A stretch of 34,623 nucleotides of DNA from a virus (IMGVR_UViG_3300032335_000309:1-34623); one strand, 5' to 3'; positions 1-8,992 are shown, numbered from the stretch's first letter. Made by a program: numbers and translations. The notes: generated by a model not told the origin, from the sequence alone.

Positions 1-43
1 AGTGCATCGCCGTATCAATGCCCATGAGTTGATAGGTTTTCAT
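1..43 (-). CDS. 5' fragment of a small tail-cassette protein (MKTYQLMGIDTAMH...), truncated by window edge
   Basis: ATG at 43-41 overlaps the TGA of the glycine-rich gene (ATGA coupling); frame stays open to the window start. Confidence 0.6.
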   Translation of the reverse strand, partial: MKTYQLMGIDTAMH

Positions 44-2481
44 GTGAAGTTGACCTTAAGAATTACAATACCGGAGCCGCCGTTGCCGCCGACGTTTCCA
101 GCGGCACCGCCGGGCGATCCATCTTGGCCGCCACCGCCGCCACCGCCGCCTGTGTTCGTAGTGCCATTAGCGCCAACACCACCAAATCCCCCGTCGCCGC
201 CGCCACCCGTGCCGCCGGGGCCAAGCCCATAACTTGATGTTGCGTCATCACCGCCACCGCCACCGCCTGCGTACGTTACAGATAAGCCGGAAATTGACGA
301 CGCAGTTCCGTCACCGCCGTGACCTAATCCATCTGTATCTCCGGCTTCTCCAGCACCACCGCCGCCGCCAGAAATGCGATTTGGCTCGGTGTTGGCGCTT
401 CCAGACCCGCCATTATTTCCTTGAGATGGCGATGTGCTTGGAGTATTTCCCGCGCTAGCCGCGCCGCCGCAAAAAGCACCACCACCAGAACCACCGTTAC
501 CGCCAGCGCCACCGACGCTTCCAGAATTTCCGTAGCCCCCTCCAGCGGAAGTAATGGTGCTGAACACAGAATTTGACCCAGTAGAGCCAAGACCTGTTGT
601 CCCGCCAGCGCCACCAGCGCCAACCGTAATGGTGTAGTCGGTGCCTGCGGTAATGCTTAATCCTATGCCGGTTCGGAAACCGCCAGCCCCGCCACCGCCA
701 CCAATGTTAAATCCACCTCCACCACCCCCCGCAACAACGAGGTAGTCAACGCTCACCGCACCCGCTGGTGCAGTCCAATTCTGCGATGACTTGAAGGTGA
801 AGATTGTGGCAGAGCCGATGTCGTACTTGAGGATGACGATGCCGGAGCCGCCGGAGCCGCCATTTGTAGTTGATACTTGTTGACCTGCGCCGCCGCCACC
901 ACCACCCGTGTTTACTGTTCCGGCGCTCCCAGCCGCAGCACCTTTAGCGCCATTTCCGCCGCCACCAGAACCACCCGATCCAGCAGTTCCCGGTGAACCG
1001 CCCGTTGTTCTTTTTCCGCCACCACCGCCGCCTGCATAAGTGACGCTACCGCCAGAGATGGACGATGCAGTACCGCCACCGCCGTTGCCACCAGCGGCAG
1101 AAGCGGCGTTTGCACCTACGGCAGACGCACCACCACCACCTCCGGCGCATTGCACATCCGCGTCGCTATCACTTCCAAATCCGTTGCCGCCCGCATTGCC
1201 TTGGCTTGGTGATGTACTTGGGGTATTTCCTGCCGCGCCGTTTTGCGTTTGAGCAAGATTTGATCCAGCACCGCCACCGCCAGAACCTCCGGCAGTAGGT
1301 GGAATTGCTGTTTGCGGAGCGCCGCCCGGTACCCCACCGCCACCGCCTCCGGTTGATGTAATTGTGCTGAATACGGAATTACTGCCAGCAGTTTGAGAAC
1401 TACCGCCTGCGCCAACTGTGATGGCGTAATCAGTACCAGCCGTAACAGATAAGCCCGTTCCAGTACGGAAACCACCAGCCCCGCCGCCACCACCGCAAAT
1501 TCCAACACTAAAACTTGTGCCGGATGATCCACCACCCCCACCGCCCGCGACGACAAGGTACTCCACCGCGCTAACACCGCTCGGGCAAGTCCATGTGCCG
1601 GTAGAAGTGAACGTGGCTACGACAGATTGGACGGGGACGGTGTATTTGAGGATGACGATGCCAGAGCCGCCTGCGCCGCCTGTTTTATTAACAAAGCCTG
1701 GAGCAGCGGTTTGTCCCCCACCGCCGCCTCCGCCGCCTGTGTTGACCGTGCCAGCAGTTCCATCGGCAATCGGCTGGCCTGCGCCACCGCCACCAGAACC
1801 GCCGTTTCCTCCGGTGCCACCGCCTTGACCGGCACCGCCGCCACCGCCAGCATAGGTCGCAGACGAACCAGAAATGCTAGATGCGGTGCCATCGCCACCG
1901 TTACCGCCCGCTGTAGATGTGCCGGCAGACCCAACGGCAGCAGCGCCGCCGCCACCACCAGCGCCATAATTTGGCCCTGATGCTGAACCTGCCCCGCCAT
2001 TGTTTCCTTGTGCTGGTGCTGTGCTTGGTGTGTTTCCAGAACCACCGGGGGCAGAAGTAAAGTTTGGCGCGGAATAAGTATATGCGCCACCGCCACCAGA
2101 ACCGCCATTTGCACCCGTTGAATTTGGCGCGGTGTTACTTGATGCTCCACCGCCGCCACCCGCGCTAGTTATGGTGCTAAATACAGAATCGTTGCCGTTT
2201 ACGCCGCGAGTATTTAAAGACGATCCTGCGCCGCCAGCGCCAACAGTTATGCTGTAATTCGTTCCGGCAGTTACGGAAAAACCCGTGCCGGTGCGGAAGC
2301 CGCCCGCACCACCACCCGCGCCCGAAACCCCTCCGCCACCCGCACCACCAGCGACAACAAGATATTCAACTTGCGTGACGCCGGTCGGGGCAGTCCAGTT
2401 ACCCGATGCGGTGAAAATCTTGTATTCGGTAAACCCTGCTGACACTCGCGCAGCAAGGAGCAACTGCATAATGCCGCTCAT
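40..2481 (-). CDS. Glycine-rich tail fibre/adhesin-like protein with three tandem glycine-rich domains
   Basis: 813 aa; unit FTxSxxWTxPxGxxxVxYLVVAGGxGGG...GGSGIVILK occurs three times; lies in a structural cassette. Confidence 0.8.
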   Translation of the reverse strand: MSGIMQLLLAARVSAGFTEYKIFTASGNWTAPTGVTQVEYLVVAGGAGGGGVSGAGGGAGGFRTGTGFSVTAGTNYSITVGAGGAGSSLNTRGVNGNDSVFSTITSAGGGGGASSNTAPNSTGANGGSGGGGAYTYSAPNFTSAPGGSGNTPSTAPAQGNNGGAGSASGPNYGAGGGGGAAAVGSAGTSTAGGNGGDGTASSISGSSATYAGGGGGAGQGGGTGGNGGSGGGGAGQPIADGTAGTVNTGGGGGGGGQTAAPGFVNKTGGAGGSGIVILKYTVPVQSVVATFTSTGTWTCPSGVSAVEYLVVAGGGGGGSSGTSFSVGICGGGGGAGGFRTGTGLSVTAGTDYAITVGAGGSSQTAGSNSVFSTITSTGGGGGGVPGGAPQTAIPPTAGGSGGGGAGSNLAQTQNGAAGNTPSTSPSQGNAGGNGFGSDSDADVQCAGGGGGASAVGANAASAAGGNGGGGTASSISGGSVTYAGGGGGGKRTTGGSPGTAGSGGSGGGGNGAKGAAAGSAGTVNTGGGGGGAGQQVSTTNGGSGGSGIVILKYDIGSATIFTFKSSQNWTAPAGAVSVDYLVVAGGGGGGFNIGGGGGAGGFRTGIGLSITAGTDYTITVGAGGAGGTTGLGSTGSNSVFSTITSAGGGYGNSGSVGGAGGNGGSGGGAFCGGAASAGNTPSTSPSQGNNGGSGSANTEPNRISGGGGGAGEAGDTDGLGHGGDGTASSISGLSVTYAGGGGGGDDATSSYGLGPGGTGGGGDGGFGGVGANGTTNTGGGGGGGGQDGSPGGAAGNVGGNGGSGIVILKVNFT

Positions 2482-2484
2482 GGC

Positions 2485-3072
2485 TTAACTCACGTTGCCG
2501 CTAATAACGCAAACCGTACCTGATAAGAACAGTATTGTCGCCACGCCTCTTGTAGCCAATGACACCGTAGCCTTGTCTGCATCCGTACCCGCGATATACG
2601 CCGTCGTAATCGTGCAAGTAATCGTGATAGCGCCCGAGGTGTTGTTGAAGATGGAGATAACATCGCCAGCGGCAAAGGTCGAGTTCGGGATTGTGATGGA
2701 GCCGGAAGTGCCGACGCCCACAAACTTGCCGACATCACCGACATCAAGACTGTATGAAGTCGTCTTGTCCGATCCCGACTGCGGGATGTTGCGAAAGCCG
2801 ACCGTCATCGTCTCTGCCGGGAATGTCACCGTATTGGTGCCAGCCGTAGCAGGAACCGCAAACGTGATGGTGCCGGACGTTGCGCCAGTCATCTTCAAGT
2901 TGCCGGAGCCGACCGTCTGGGCAGCGGTGAAGGTGTTCGCCGTGCCTGTTACCAACGTAAGAAGGTTGGTGCCGGTCAGCTTGTAGTTAGCACCGGATCG
3001 GGCAACGATAAACTCGTCACCGCCCTGCGCCGGGGCTCCAGAACTTAATGCGCTGATCTTGGTATCGGCCAT
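2485..3072 (-). CDS. Tail fibre-associated protein
   Basis: 195 aa, N-terminal MADTKISAL motif, Thr/Gly-rich beta-type C-terminus ending ISGNVS, directly upstream of the Gly-rich gene. Confidence 0.65.
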   Translation of the reverse strand: MADTKISALSSGAPAQGGDEFIVARSGANYKLTGTNLLTLVTGTANTFTAAQTVGSGNLKMTGATSGTITFAVPATAGTNTVTFPAETMTVGFRNIPQSGSDKTTSYSLDVGDVGKFVGVGTSGSITIPNSTFAAGDVISIFNNTSGAITITCTITTAYIAGTDADKATVSLATRGVATILFLSGTVCVISGNVS

Positions 3073-3075
3073 GAC

Positions 3076-3243
3076 TTACTCCAGAAGTATCTTGTCGCCG
3101 CCTTCAAGCAGCGCGAACGATGAGCCATCTTCAAGCAATAGCTTGTCTCCAGATGGCGGTGATGGCGTAGGGATGTACTCGGGATTGTCCCGAGTCGTCG
3201 CAAACTCATGCGTCCGCTCAACTACTCGAGACCAAGCTCGCAT
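3076..3243 (-). CDS. Small virion protein, 55 aa (MRAWSRVVER...DKLLLEDGSSFALLEGGDKILLE); not in ORF track
   Basis: Translated by hand; ATG overlaps upstream TAA (TAATG); fills the gap; GGAG at its 3' end is the RBS of the next gene. Confidence 0.75.
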   Translation of the reverse strand: MRAWSRVVERTHEFATTRDNPEYIPTPSPPSGDKLLLEDGSSFALLEGGDKILLE

Positions 3244-3530
3244 TAGAATGCCGCCGAGGGTATCCGCAACGCCATTGCATAGACGCCGGTAGCCGTCGCG
3301 ATGTTGCAGCGGATCTCACCAGCGCCGAGCTCAAAGATGCCACCGCCGGAAGCAGTCAGCGTCGTGCTAGTGCCGACATCCTGCGCTGTGCCGTTCGGGC
3401 CTTTGCATTGCAGCTTGACCGTGCCGCCGCCAAACGTGCCTTCAACGCGGAACTCACCGCGGCCACCCGGCCATTGGAACCATGCGCCCGTTGCGCTAGC
3501 GTTAGATGCGAGAACAATGCCTGTTGCCAT
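3243..3530 (-). CDS. Hypothetical virion protein (beta-rich)
   Basis: 95 aa, RBS GGAG upstream, tightly packed in late operon. Confidence 0.7.
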   Translation of the reverse strand: MATGIVLASNASATGAWFQWPGGRGEFRVEGTFGGGTVKLQCKGPNGTAQDVGTSTTLTASGGGIFELGAGEIRCNIATATGVYAMALRIPSAAF

Positions 3531-3542
3531 TTCAGTCTCCGA

Positions 3543-4331
3543 TTACGCGATTCGATGCGCGTAGAACAAAACAGAGGGGATCGCTGGGATTGCCGGAGGG
3601 CCAGCAGCCGCAGCGGTGTGATCAGCCGTGACGTCGACATCTGCTGGTAGCCACATCACTTGGATGTACTGGCCTGCCGTCACCTGCTCGATGAACGTCA
3701 GCTCAAAAACTTGTTTGCCACCTTCACTAACCTTTGGAACCGCAATCACACTCGCGCTCGCCGTGACATCAGTACCGTTGATGCGATACCAAATCGTGAC
3801 ATCGCGATCGCTAACATCCGAGTTCGCAAACTGAATGCTGACGCTGCACATATAGATTCCAGCATTCGCAAACGTGATCTGACTGTTCGAGACGATCGAG
3901 ATGCCGGTCGAGAATCCAACCGTGTTGCTGAACGTGAATGCCGTCGGAGTCGTGATGCTGCCGGTCTGGTCAGCAGTCGAGTAGAACGAACCGATGCTGT
4001 TGTTCTGCAATCGAGCAAAAGGGATCGTGCCGACCGTGAGCTCGCCATCCTTGCGCACCGACCACTTGCTCACACCGCCGACTTGCAGATCATCGAGCAA
4101 GGACGCAGCAGCCGACGCGGTATCTGTGACGTTGAACACGCGAGCCTTGAACGTCGTGAGCGCGTTGTTCCATGTGGCAGCCAGCGCACCGATCGACTTG
4201 CCAACGATCGCAGCCGCGGTCGCCTTCTTGGTCTCAACCGCGCTTGTGTCGTTGATCGGGATAACGTCAGCGGCAGGATCAATCGAATCCTGCGCAAGAG
4301 ACGTTAGCGCCGATATCTTCTTGGTTGCCAT
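3543..4331 (-). CDS. Tail fibre-like protein, possible C1q/TNF-like C-terminal head
   Basis: 262 aa, N-terminal MATKKISAL motif; C-terminus GSFYST.DQT...ITFANAGIY...QF pattern. Confidence 0.6.
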   Translation of the reverse strand: MATKKISALTSLAQDSIDPAADVIPINDTSAVETKKATAAAIVGKSIGALAATWNNALTTFKARVFNVTDTASAAASLLDDLQVGGVSKWSVRKDGELTVGTIPFARLQNNSIGSFYSTADQTGSITTPTAFTFSNTVGFSTGISIVSNSQITFANAGIYMCSVSIQFANSDVSDRDVTIWYRINGTDVTASASVIAVPKVSEGGKQVFELTFIEQVTAGQYIQVMWLPADVDVTADHTAAAAGPPAIPAIPSVLFYAHRIA

Positions 4332-4495
4332 TACATCATCCCGCGAGCGCGCTTCGCAGATTCATCCTTGCGCTTGGCAATGGCTTGAGCAGCGCCCATT
4401 TCGCCCTGCTTGCGACCTTCTTCAAGCCCCTGCGCCATGCCCTGCTTCTTGCCCTTCTTGCGCATATAGTTCCCGAACGGGGATAAACCAGCCAT
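4331..4495 (-). CDS. Small basic protein, 54 aa (MAGLSPFGNYMRKKGKKQG...); not in ORF track
   Basis: Translated by hand; TGATG and TAATG couplings at both ends. Confidence 0.7.
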   Translation of the reverse strand: MAGLSPFGNYMRKKGKKQGMAQGLEEGRKQGEMGAAQAIAKRKDESAKRARGMM

Positions 4496-4692
4496 CAGCC
4501 ACCTCCGAGCAAACGCGAAACCGCAACCGAACCAGTCTGCTGACTGCCCGGTGTCGACATGATCGTGGATGCGCGACCGCGGCGACGAGCCATGCGGCGC
4601 TGCTCAATGCGCGAGAGCTGCGCCTCATCCACCGTCGGAGGTGGAGGCGTCGGCTCTATCTTCGGCATCTTGGGCTTAAAAAGACTTGACAT
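4495..4692 (-). CDS. Small virion assembly protein (T7 gp7.3-like)
   Basis: 65 aa, FKPKMP..PPPPP..RRRGRASTI..LLG pattern typical of the small gene that precedes podovirus portals; RBS AAGGAG. Confidence 0.6.
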   Translation of the reverse strand: MSSLFKPKMPKIEPTPPPPTVDEAQLSRIEQRRMARRRGRASTIMSTPGSQQTGSVAVSRLLGGG

Positions 4693-4722
4693 CTGGCGCT
4701 CCTTTCGGGTTGCGCAAGTAGT

Positions 4723-6099
4723 CTACCCCAGCACCCTGTAGTCTGCTACTGCCACTTGATGGCTCGGACGACGGGCCTGTTCCGTACCGCGGAACGGCTT
4801 GCGGCCCTTGGCGAGATAGCGGAAAGCATCGGCATAGTGCGACGTCCAATCATGCAGCGGCTTATCCTTGAACCGCTGGAGCTTGTCGTCGTATTCGCGT
4901 CTGTATTGCCGCAGGGCGTCGAGAGCGCGAGTCATGCGGGACTTCGCCTCGTCTGCCGTTTCGCCTGGGAACGGATCTGGTGCGGTATTAAACTCGGTCG
5001 CAGGCAGCATCATTCGCGCAGCCTGTATTCCGTCGTCCACCGAGTCGCGCTCGAGGATGCGAGGCTTGAGACCGTAGCCTGCCGCCACTTGCACTCGAGA
5101 CTGACCGCTGCCCCATTCCTGCACAGCGCCGTCATGCGGCCAGATGTGGTCGCCATAAACGTAATCCATCGCGAGCAGCTTCTTGACGTACCACTCGAGC
5201 CCGACGCCGGAGCCTTCGAGCACGTTGATGATGCGAACCTTGTGACCGATGAGCTGGTAAAACCAGATGATCGTGGAGTCGCCGACACCGATATCCCATG
5301 CCGTACCGACAGGCTGGCCGATGATGTGCGGGAAGTCACCGATCCTGCCGTTGACCTCTGCGCTGCGGATCAGTTCCGAGAGATATGCGCCCGGTATGTC
5401 TGCGTCGAAGTCGCAATAGTATTCCTGCCGGATGATTGCTTCGGCTTCCTTGTCGCCGCGCTCCATGCGTAGCTCTTTGCGCTCACGCTGGATGGTCGCG
5501 ATCGGGATCGACTTCGTATCCTCGACGGTGAGCACCTGGCCGAACCAGTCGGCATCCTGCTTGGCGTATTCGACCAGCCGGGCAAAGTGGTTCCTGCCGC
5601 GAGGCGTCGAGATGAAAATCGCCCAGCCGCCGTTCTCTGCAAGGATCGGTCGCAGGAATGCCCATGCGTTGGGATCTGCCATCGCGTACTCGGAGAACAC
5701 GACGCCGACCGGAGGCGAGCCGACCAGGCTGTTGTAGTTGTCCGATCCGACGACTTGCCATGTCGAGCCGTTCTTGAACCGGATAAACATATCCTGTTCT
5801 CGAGTGCTCTCGCGCAGTTCTGGCGGGAATGCGTCGTCAATGCGTCGTCTGCCAGTATGCGGGTTCACCGCGTCCCAGATCGCTTTGCGTGACTGGTTGG
5901 CCTGCGGAAGCATATGCCACACAGATCCGACGCGAGTCATCATGGACACAGCAGCCCAATGCAGGCTTATATCGTCCTTACCGGATCGACGGTGCCATGC
6001 CAAAGCGAGGCGCTTGGTGCCGCTCTCGAGCGCACCCCATGCCCCTAACTGGTACGGTCTTGGTCTCCAGCCGTTATGCGGCAGGGTTATTGTCGGCAT
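4723..6099 (-). CDS. terL: Terminase large subunit
   Basis: 458 aa; Walker A-like WHRRSGKD, VVFSEYA Walker B, FISTPRG coupling motif, nuclease AWDIG and HDWTSHYADAFRY. Confidence 0.95.
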   Translation of the reverse strand: MPTITLPHNGWRPRPYQLGAWGALESGTKRLALAWHRRSGKDDISLHWAAVSMMTRVGSVWHMLPQANQSRKAIWDAVNPHTGRRRIDDAFPPELRESTREQDMFIRFKNGSTWQVVGSDNYNSLVGSPPVGVVFSEYAMADPNAWAFLRPILAENGGWAIFISTPRGRNHFARLVEYAKQDADWFGQVLTVEDTKSIPIATIQRERKELRMERGDKEAEAIIRQEYYCDFDADIPGAYLSELIRSAEVNGRIGDFPHIIGQPVGTAWDIGVGDSTIIWFYQLIGHKVRIINVLEGSGVGLEWYVKKLLAMDYVYGDHIWPHDGAVQEWGSGQSRVQVAAGYGLKPRILERDSVDDGIQAARMMLPATEFNTAPDPFPGETADEAKSRMTRALDALRQYRREYDDKLQRFKDKPLHDWTSHYADAFRYLAKGRKPFRGTEQARRPSHQVAVADYRVLG

Positions 6100-6478
6100 C
6101 GGTTAGGCGAACCACGTTGACGGTCAGACCGACGTTGCCGGAGTGCTCAACCTCGGCCTTGTCGCCGTATCGCTTGGGCTTGAGCTTGCTGGCAACCCAC
6201 TTGCGAGCATCAACCATGATGCGCTTGTGGTTCGGGTCGAGCGTACCGTCGTCGGCAATCTCCACAATGCGATCGGCATGGGTTTCGGCTTGAGCTTCCC
6301 GCGCGCGCGTGTATTGCTCGGAAAACTCTGGATACTTCCCAAGCCACAGGAAGATGCTTGCCATCGAAGGCATCTCGTCGTCCCGGCAGATTGATCGCAG
6401 GGACTCGCCAATAGCCAAACGCTCGCAGATTCGAGCCGTCAGCTCTGGACTGTAATCGGTAGGTCTACCGCCCGGCAT
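6074..6478 (-). CDS. terS: Terminase small subunit (Sf6 gp1-like)
   Basis: GRPTDYSPEL..ICERLAIGESLRSIC...ARKWVASKLKPKRYGD; directly upstream of terL. Confidence 0.9.
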   Translation of the reverse strand: MPGGRPTDYSPELTARICERLAIGESLRSICRDDEMPSMASIFLWLGKYPEFSEQYTRAREAQAETHADRIVEIADDGTLDPNHKRIMVDARKWVASKLKPKRYGDKAEVEHSGNVGLTVNVVRLTDADNNPAA

Positions 6479-6872
6479 CCGTGAGCGCCTTCATGCCAGC
6501 AGACTTGCCGCGCAAATAGTCCGTGAACTTCTTGGTCTTGTACCGCTCGGTAATCTTGATGGCATCCTCGATCTTGTTGGTCTGGATGTAATCACCCACG
6601 CGCAGAGCTCGCTCCATTGCTTGATTCAACGGCAGCTCAACGTACTTGCCACCCTCAAGAACTACAGTCGGGAACACATAGGCAGGCCCGTTCGGCCCGT
6701 CTGGCCCATACTCGGCAGCCATCTTGTGCGTAGCAATCTCGCCCATCGCGTTTGCCACAGGCTTCGGGTACTTCTCTGGATTGAGTACGCGATCAACCCA
6801 AGGCACCGAAGCATTAGCCTTAAGCACCGGCTGGACACTTCCGCGACTCGTCCTAGTCTTTGGCCCTGCCAT
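6465..6872 (-). CDS. Hypothetical phage protein
   Basis: 135 aa ORF coupled to both neighbours, protein-like composition. Confidence 0.7.
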   Translation of the reverse strand: MAGPKTRTSRGSVQPVLKANASVPWVDRVLNPEKYPKPVANAMGEIATHKMAAEYGPDGPNGPAYVFPTVVLEGGKYVELPLNQAMERALRVGDYIQTNKIEDAIKITERYKTKKFTDYLRGKSAGMKALTDAGR

Positions 6873-7027
6873 CAGCCCTTACGCTTTGCAGCGCCCTTCT
6901 TGGCGGCAGCGGATCGCTTCGTAGCATAGGCAATAGCGACAGCCTGCTTGGTCGGTCGGCCAGCCTTGATTTCGGTGCGAATGTTTTCGCGAAAAGCCTT
7001 TGCAGATGAACTCTTGATGAGCGGCAT
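6872..7027 (-). CDS. Small basic protein, 51 aa (MPLIKSSSAKAFRENIRTEIKAGRPTKQAVAIAY...); not in ORF track
   Basis: Translated by hand; recognisable recurrent phage peptide; TGATG coupling to next gene. Confidence 0.8.
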   Translation of the reverse strand: MPLIKSSSAKAFRENIRTEIKAGRPTKQAVAIAYATKRSAAAKKGAAKRKG

Positions 7028-7030
7028 GGT

Positions 7031-7333
7031 CTAGTCCTTCTTGCCCTTGTTACGCGCGCTGATTGCCCGGGCCTTCGCTCGAGCATCTTCCTTGCTGCTG
7101 GCACCCCATGCGCGCAGGGCGAGCGCCAGTCGTGTCGGTCGTCCCTTCTCGTCCTTCATCGGGCCTGGAGCGTTACCCATGCGAGCGAGAAAGGATGCGC
7201 GCCGTGGGTTGTCACCGGACTTGACCGGAGCCTTGAGGTTCATGCCCTCGGCCTTAGCAGACCGGCGTCCAGCCTCGTTAAGACCGCCCTTTGGATTCTG
7301 TCCAGCCTTGCGCTGCCATGCTGGGGTTTTCAC
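7031..7333 (-). CDS. DUF6321-like basic protein
   Basis: PAWQRKAGQNPKGGLN...RRASFLARMG...TRLALALRAWG signature. Confidence 0.75.
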   Translation of the reverse strand: MKTPAWQRKAGQNPKGGLNEAGRRSAKAEGMNLKAPVKSGDNPRRASFLARMGNAPGPMKDEKGRPTRLALALRAWGASSKEDARAKARAISARNKGKKD

Positions 7334-7569
7334 GGGACTAGCCTCGTTTCCGTTGTCGGCGTGTCTTTGTCTTGGTAGAACGGGATTCGGCCCTCGGTGC
7401 GGCCTCCGAGTCGGACTGGTGCAACGGCTTGCGCGCCTGCGAGACGAGTCGCTCGAGCCGCGATCGGACGGAACGCAGCAGCGCCGAGACGGATCTCGCC
7501 AGCGATACCACGCCTGACTGGAGGGAGCTCATTGTCACCCGTGTCACCGAGCCGCGCTGACTTTGCCAC
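7330..7569 (-). CDS. Hypothetical protein
   Basis: 79 aa, GTG start, GTGA overlap with downstream gene. Confidence 0.55.
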   Translation of the reverse strand: MAKSARLGDTGDNELPPVRRGIAGEIRLGAAAFRPIAARATRLAGAQAVAPVRLGGRTEGRIPFYQDKDTPTTETRLVP

Positions 7570-7578
7570 CGATGCCCA

Positions 7579-7728
7579 TCACTTTGACCTCATCGCTGTT
7601 TTCGCAGATTCACGAAACGCCTTCGCTGTCGGCGCACCTTTGCTGCCCGCCTTACGCATCTTCTCGCCGCTTCCGGCCTTGATGCGCTCGCGCTTGGCAT
7701 GGATGTTCGCGTACAAGCCTTGTTTCAT
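7579..7728 (-). CDS. Small basic protein, 49 aa (MKQGLYANIHAKRERIKAGSGEKMRK...); not in ORF track
   Basis: Translated by hand; GLYANIHAKR..GSGEKMRK..GAPT..AF is a recurrent phage peptide. Confidence 0.8.
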   Translation of the reverse strand: MKQGLYANIHAKRERIKAGSGEKMRKAGSKGAPTAKAFRESAKTAMRSK

Positions 7729-7737
7729 ATCAAGATT

Positions 7738-8001
7738 CTATGCCGCGGGAGGCAAGTCGTCTACGGGCTTTTTCGGCTTGCGCACCTTTGCTCCTCGCAC
7801 GAACTGCAGCACCTGTGCTGACGGTGGCGGCGGGTTGCACATCGAGCACCTGATCCAGTCGCCGAAACCGTCGTCAATCCAGCCGCGGGTTAAGCAGTTT
7901 GGACACGGTGCCAGCTTGATTCCATCACTCACGAGTCGAGTCTCCGTTCGTATTCGTTCAACACCCGGCGCGCCCAGATCGAGGGGCCATCGTCGTTCCA
8001 T
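7738..8001 (-). CDS. Small zinc-finger protein
   Basis: CPNC...CSMC; start position uncertain. Confidence 0.6.
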   Translation of the reverse strand: MERRWPLDLGAPGVERIRTETRLVSDGIKLAPCPNCLTRGWIDDGFGDWIRCSMCNPPPPSAQVLQFVRGAKVRKPKKPVDDLPPAA

Positions 8002-8126
8002 CGCGATATCCGTTTAAGAACCTTCTCGTACTGCCGCATGGTATGCCAAGCGATCGCGAGCGTCACGATGGTATCTACGTTGTTCAATTCTTCGTCGGTA
8101 ACATCGTCGTCCGTAACGGTATACAT
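7929..8126 (-). CDS. Hypothetical protein (MYTVTDDDVTDEEL...)
   Basis: ATG at 8126 preceded by GAGGGAAGGG. Confidence 0.6.
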   Translation of the reverse strand: MYTVTDDDVTDEELNNVDTIVTLAIAWHTMRQYEKVLKRISRWNDDGPSIWARRVLNEYERRLDS

Positions 8127-8293
8127 GACCCTTCCCTCAGATAAGGCGGTAACCAATCTTTACCGAAGTCGAAGGGTTCCGGCAAACCAAGTTCGACGCG
8201 CGATATTTCGCGGTGAACTGCTGCAAGTTGTTGATTTAGGTTTCTTACTTCGGCCCAAAGCTTTTGCAGATTTTCTTCCTTCATCGATGCCAT
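8084..8293 (-). CDS. Hypothetical coiled-coil protein
   Basis: 69 aa; AGGAG RBS favours the second ATG (8284). Confidence 0.55.
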   Translation of the reverse strand: MASMKEENLQKLWAEVRNLNQQLAAVHREISRVELGLPEPFDFGKDWLPPYLREGSCIPLRTTMLPTKN

Positions 8294-8420
8294 CTCCTAT
8301 TTTCTGAATGAGCTTTCGAACGGTGTTCTTGTTTTCTATCTCGATGATGATCGAGTGATATTTCGTGTTCCAACAGCGGTGCGTGTATTCCACCCCGCAA
8401 ACTTCACATCGCTTTGGCAT
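8160..8420 (-). CDS. Hypothetical protein with N-terminal CxxC
   Basis: Overlaps the rusA end; C-terminus overlaps the next gene by ~130 nt. Confidence 0.45.
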   Translation of the reverse strand: MPKRCEVCGVEYTHRCWNTKYHSIIIEIENKNTVRKLIQKIGDGIDEGRKSAKALGRSKKPKSTTCSSSPRNIARRTWFAGTLRLR

Positions 8421-8766
8421 AAGGTCTGATTCTCACAATCACTTTGCCATCCTCACAGGCTTCGTGCCGGGTGATGGATAGCGCGTCAATCAAGCTGTCG
8501 TCCTCAATGACATCAGCGGCTACGATCGCATCGAGCAACGCCTTCTGGATGTTGTCCAGATCGCGCCGTCGTTTGTCCGGTGGGTACGCATCGATCGTCA
8601 CTTGCAGCCGGCAGTTGAGGTTATTTCGCGGGATTCCCTGCTCGAGTATCCGATAGGATACGTCCAGCCTGTACTGCCGACCGTCGCTCGAGATCACGGT
8701 GCGGCCACGATAGTTGCGCCAGTAATGGTTAATCGAAGGCGGCCAAGGTAGGGTTAGCTCTAACAC
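8404..8766 (-). CDS. rusA: RusA family Holliday junction resolvase
   Basis: LPWPPSINHYWR...PPDKRRRDLDNIQKALLDA...EDDSLI. Confidence 0.95.
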   Translation of the reverse strand: MLELTLPWPPSINHYWRNYRGRTVISSDGRQYRLDVSYRILEQGIPRNNLNCRLQVTIDAYPPDKRRRDLDNIQKALLDAIVAADVIEDDSLIDALSITRHEACEDGKVIVRIRPYAKAM

Positions 8767-8992
8767 GACCCCTCCGTAAAATCTCTGATCGTCCTGCTCG
8801 AGTCATGCATAAACGCTGCACCTCGTTGTAGTTGTAGTCGAGCATATCGCAGATCCAGCGCAAACTTCCGGCTTCATCGCGCGGCGAATAGATCCAGTAC
8901 AGGGCTGCTCGAGCGATGCCTTTACGGTTAGCGTCTGCGATCGCTTGATACAGCACCGAGGCCCAGAGCCTACGGTATGCGTCTTCACACAC
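8729..8992 (-). CDS. Hypothetical phage protein
   Basis: 87 aa, RRLWASVLYQAIAD..A..WI..SLRWICDMLD pattern seen near rusA genes. Confidence 0.7.
   Translation of the reverse strand: MCEDAYRRLWASVLYQAIADANRKGIARAALYWIYSPRDEAGSLRWICDMLDYNYNEVQRLCMTRAGRSEILRRGRVRANPTLAAFD

Noticed and set aside
40-2481. Repeats as a diversity-generating retroelement TR/VR pair
   Set aside because: No reverse transcriptase in the window; repeats are in-frame protein domains without an evident adenine-specific mismatch pattern
2-2488. Pro-rich plus-strand ORFs and apparent CCG/CCA microsatellites
   Set aside because: Antisense shadow of glycine codons in the Gly-rich gene
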